From Azolla caroliniana (Eukaryota; Plantae; Polypodiophyta), in the NCBI GenBank assembly GCA_043228905.1, contig JBHGNT010001318.1:1-9870 (forward strand): a stretch of 9,870 nt of DNA. Reading direction: 5' to 3'. A program made the translations under genes and the position numbers. This document shows, piece by piece, positions 7,216-9,870 of the stretch. The notes under the pieces are model-generated. The model did no database searches and was not told the origin of the DNA. It saw only the letters and a list, made by a program, of their open reading frames with translations. Within the stretch, counting starts at the first letter, position 1, and every line of letters begins with the position of its first letter.

Positions 7216-9870
7216 TTATTCGCCTTCATCCGTAGCACTCTCCAATTCTCCCCTTATGTCGATTATCAATTGTAGTCCACTTTCTTCGCTTTCCGTATCA
7301 CCGTGATCTTTGTCCGATTGCTCCTCGTTGTCGGTCTTGTCTAAGCTTACATAAGGTTCATCATCAGACCGCTTCTTGAAAATCTTCACCCGTTTCCCCG
7401 CTATAGGCACCCGTAGTACTGTTCCATCCAAGTCACATAGTCGGTAAGTTCCATTGTCGAAAACTTTCCGAACCTCGTATGGCCCGAACCACCTTTTAGC
7501 AAACTTCCGTATCATTGTATGTTGATAATCCAAACTACTGTCATAGACAATCACCCAATCTCCTTCTTCAATCTTCCGTGGTCGTAGTTGATGCTTTGTG
7601 TCGAATCGACTTTTGTTCCGGAATCGTGCTTCCTGTTGTCGGCGCGTTGCTTCCGCTATGTCTTCCGGTCTTCCCTCTAGTTGTTATATCCGGACCGCTA
7701 GTAGTTCTTCCCGGCTCATTTCTTCTTTCCACGGTAGCATTGTCCATGTTGCAATTGCGGTTTCCGTCGGTATTATCGGTGCTTGTCCGGTCATAAGTTC
7801 AGCTAGCATATAACCGGTCACGGAACTATGCGTTGTGCGATCCGCCCATAGTGCATACGGAAGCATCTGCGGCCAATCCTTCACCCTTCTGTCGCATGCT
7901 TTTGCAAGTGCTTTGACGATTGAACTATGTCCTCGTTCGATCTTCTTGTTGGCTTCCGGATTTATGTCGTGATTAGTGTTAACTGTACTCCATGTTTGAC
8001 GAAGAATTCCCTAGCATTATCAGAGATAACTTCTCCCTGATCCACAATCACTTGTCCTACGCACCCGTACCTACAGAACACTTCTTCCAAGAGAAATTGG
8101 CATATTGCGGAGCATGTTTTCCTCCATAGTGCTCGTCCTTCTACTTGGTTTGTCAGATCTTCCCGAGCTAACACCAAGTACTTCTTTTGTCCAATTCCGG
8201 TTGGCATGTCCACAATGTCGACCATCCATTTGAAGAGTTGATTGTCGGTGAGAATGTCGGATGTAATTCATCTCGGGGTTGAACTCTAGAGTAGATTTGA
8301 CATTTCTCGCAGCTTTCCGTGAACTCCGCTACATCTTTGTAAATATTCTTCCACCAATATTTTTGTTTGATCTTTGCAAATGTTGCCCATGTTCCCCGAT
8401 GTCCAGCCCAATCGGATTCGTGAAATTCGAACATTATCTGGTTTTGTTGCTCTTTTGTTCCAACTACCCATAGTGGTATGCCAACTTGTCTTTTCGGCTC
8501 CCTCCAGATTAATCCGTTGTTCAAGAAATACTTCTAGACTTGCCGCTTCTTACTTAAGATCTCGGCTCTCTTTTCTTTATTGTTTGATGATTCCTCGATT
8601 TCTTGTAGCACTTTCCTGATCAACAAGCTTTCTCCCTCGTATTCTTCTTCCTGGAATTCTCGGATTACGTTCACCCGACATGTGTGCTCCGAAGTAAACT
8701 AGTTTTCGGAAACTTCTTCATTATCGGATTCGGCTATGTCGTCTCTGAACCGTGCCCTTGATACATATCCGCTACCGCATTGTCTTTTCCGGAGATGTGT
8801 CGTATTTCCGGATTAAGCGACTTTACATATGCAATCCATCTTAACATAGCCACATGCGGTATTGTGCAACACCGCATCATCTCGAGTATCGAAAGACAAT
8901 CCGTTTCGATCACTACTTCGGCTCCGATCAAGTAATCTCGATCTGATTTTATTGCCGACACGACTCCCCATAATTATCTTTCTCGATCAAGTAATCTCGA
9001 TCTGATTTTAACTTGTGCATATCCGCGTTGCCTTTCATTAAGAACCTTTGCTCCGAATCGGATCGGATATCGTGGACCATCCAAATCGGCTTGATTGATG
9101 AGCATCTGATCTCGGTTGGACTTGTATCAACCGTTACTATAATCGGTTGATCATAGTTCGGCTTCTTAAGTGCTGCTGCCCTCCGCAGTGATTTCTTGAG
9201 CTTCTTCACGGCTTTGGTATGTTCCGATTTCCATTCGAACTTCTTTCCCTTCCACAACAAGTGATAGAGTGGGTCCGCAATGTGTGCATAGTGCGAAATC
9301 CATATGTGATAAAATGCACATGCCCCAAGAAACCTACGGACTTCAGATTGTGACTCGAATATTTCTTTCATAGCTTGAATCGCATCAATCTTGGTTGGTG
9401 ACGGTCTTCGGCCGTAGGGCCCACATAGATGTCCGACTGCTGATTTCTCTCCAGAGAGTGTTAGGTGCACATCTTCTAACTTTCGTAACACTTTCTCGCA
9501 ATCACGAATATTGGTGACTACGAACTTTTAGCATCCCCGATCATCCATAGTCTCATCTTTTTCTTCCACCGCACATCCTTTTATCAGAATGTCATCTAGA
9601 AATGGCATTGTTATCTCCAGAATGCAATCCTGGAGCACCTTGTTCAACACATTCATCATATGTGGGGCCAAGTTCGTCGCGCCTTGTGGTAGCATGCACA
9701 TCCGGACTAATCCTATCGGTGTCCGCATGGTAGTGATGTCTCGGCTCTCCATGACTAGTTGGAATTGGTCATACCAAGTCTCCGATGGAGTATATCATGC
9801 GACCGGCAAACGCTTCTGCAAATTCGTCCACTATCGGACTGACTCTGGAGTTCCGAATCGTGACCTTGTT
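7216..9870 (-). pseudogene. pol: Ty3/Gypsy pol (RT - RNase H - integrase), many stops and frameshifts, runs off the right edge
   Basis: RT: LPQGATN, FLDD (9591-9602), VRRFLG. RNase H: VDTS, ETDC, GKDNAVAD. Integrase: HHCC (HESDWAGH...CEKCQ), VDIVD, VDQGE, PEAN.KIER, WFGPY. Gypsy domain order; no chromodomain after the integrase. Confidence 0.97.
8925..9010. repeat. 27-bp non-tandem direct repeat within RNase H
   Basis: CGATCAAGTAATCTCGATCTGATTTTA at 8925-8951 and 8984-9010 (KSDRDYLI appears twice). Confidence 0.95.

Noticed and set aside
7515-8619. Plus-strand and alternate-frame ORFs over the Gypsy integrase
   Set aside because: Shadows of pol with no independent support.

Overview
Eukaryotic, plant-type repeat DNA made entirely of nested, decayed transposons; no intact host gene, rRNA or CRISPR. 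The element types suggest a non-seed plant such as a moss (inference only). Left to right: (1) 3' end of a Ty3/Gypsy element (integrase tail + 3' LTR, 1-1138, +) inserted in (2) a related LTR (1139-1750, +), which interrupts (3) a Ty1/Copia RT-RNase H pseudogene (1751-3514, -), fused via inverted filler DNA to (4) an LTR 5' fragment (3530-3685, -). (5) The apparently empty AT-rich stretch 3686-5298 reads as a spliced, mutated DD(D/E) DNA-transposase relic (Sola2-like motifs), with a 72-bp tandem repeat in an intron, and is split by (6) a solo LTR (4857-5224) holding an antisense tRNA-derived cassette. (7) A Tf1/sushi/Tcn1-type Gypsy 5' end (LTR 5449-5812, gag 5864-6530) has an 11-nt primer-binding site complementary to its own predicted transcript 5' end (self-priming). 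It is interrupted by (8) a minus-strand Gypsy (3' LTR 6531-7159, PPT, IN-RH-RT to the window end). All family assignments are by eye from motifs; no searches were run.
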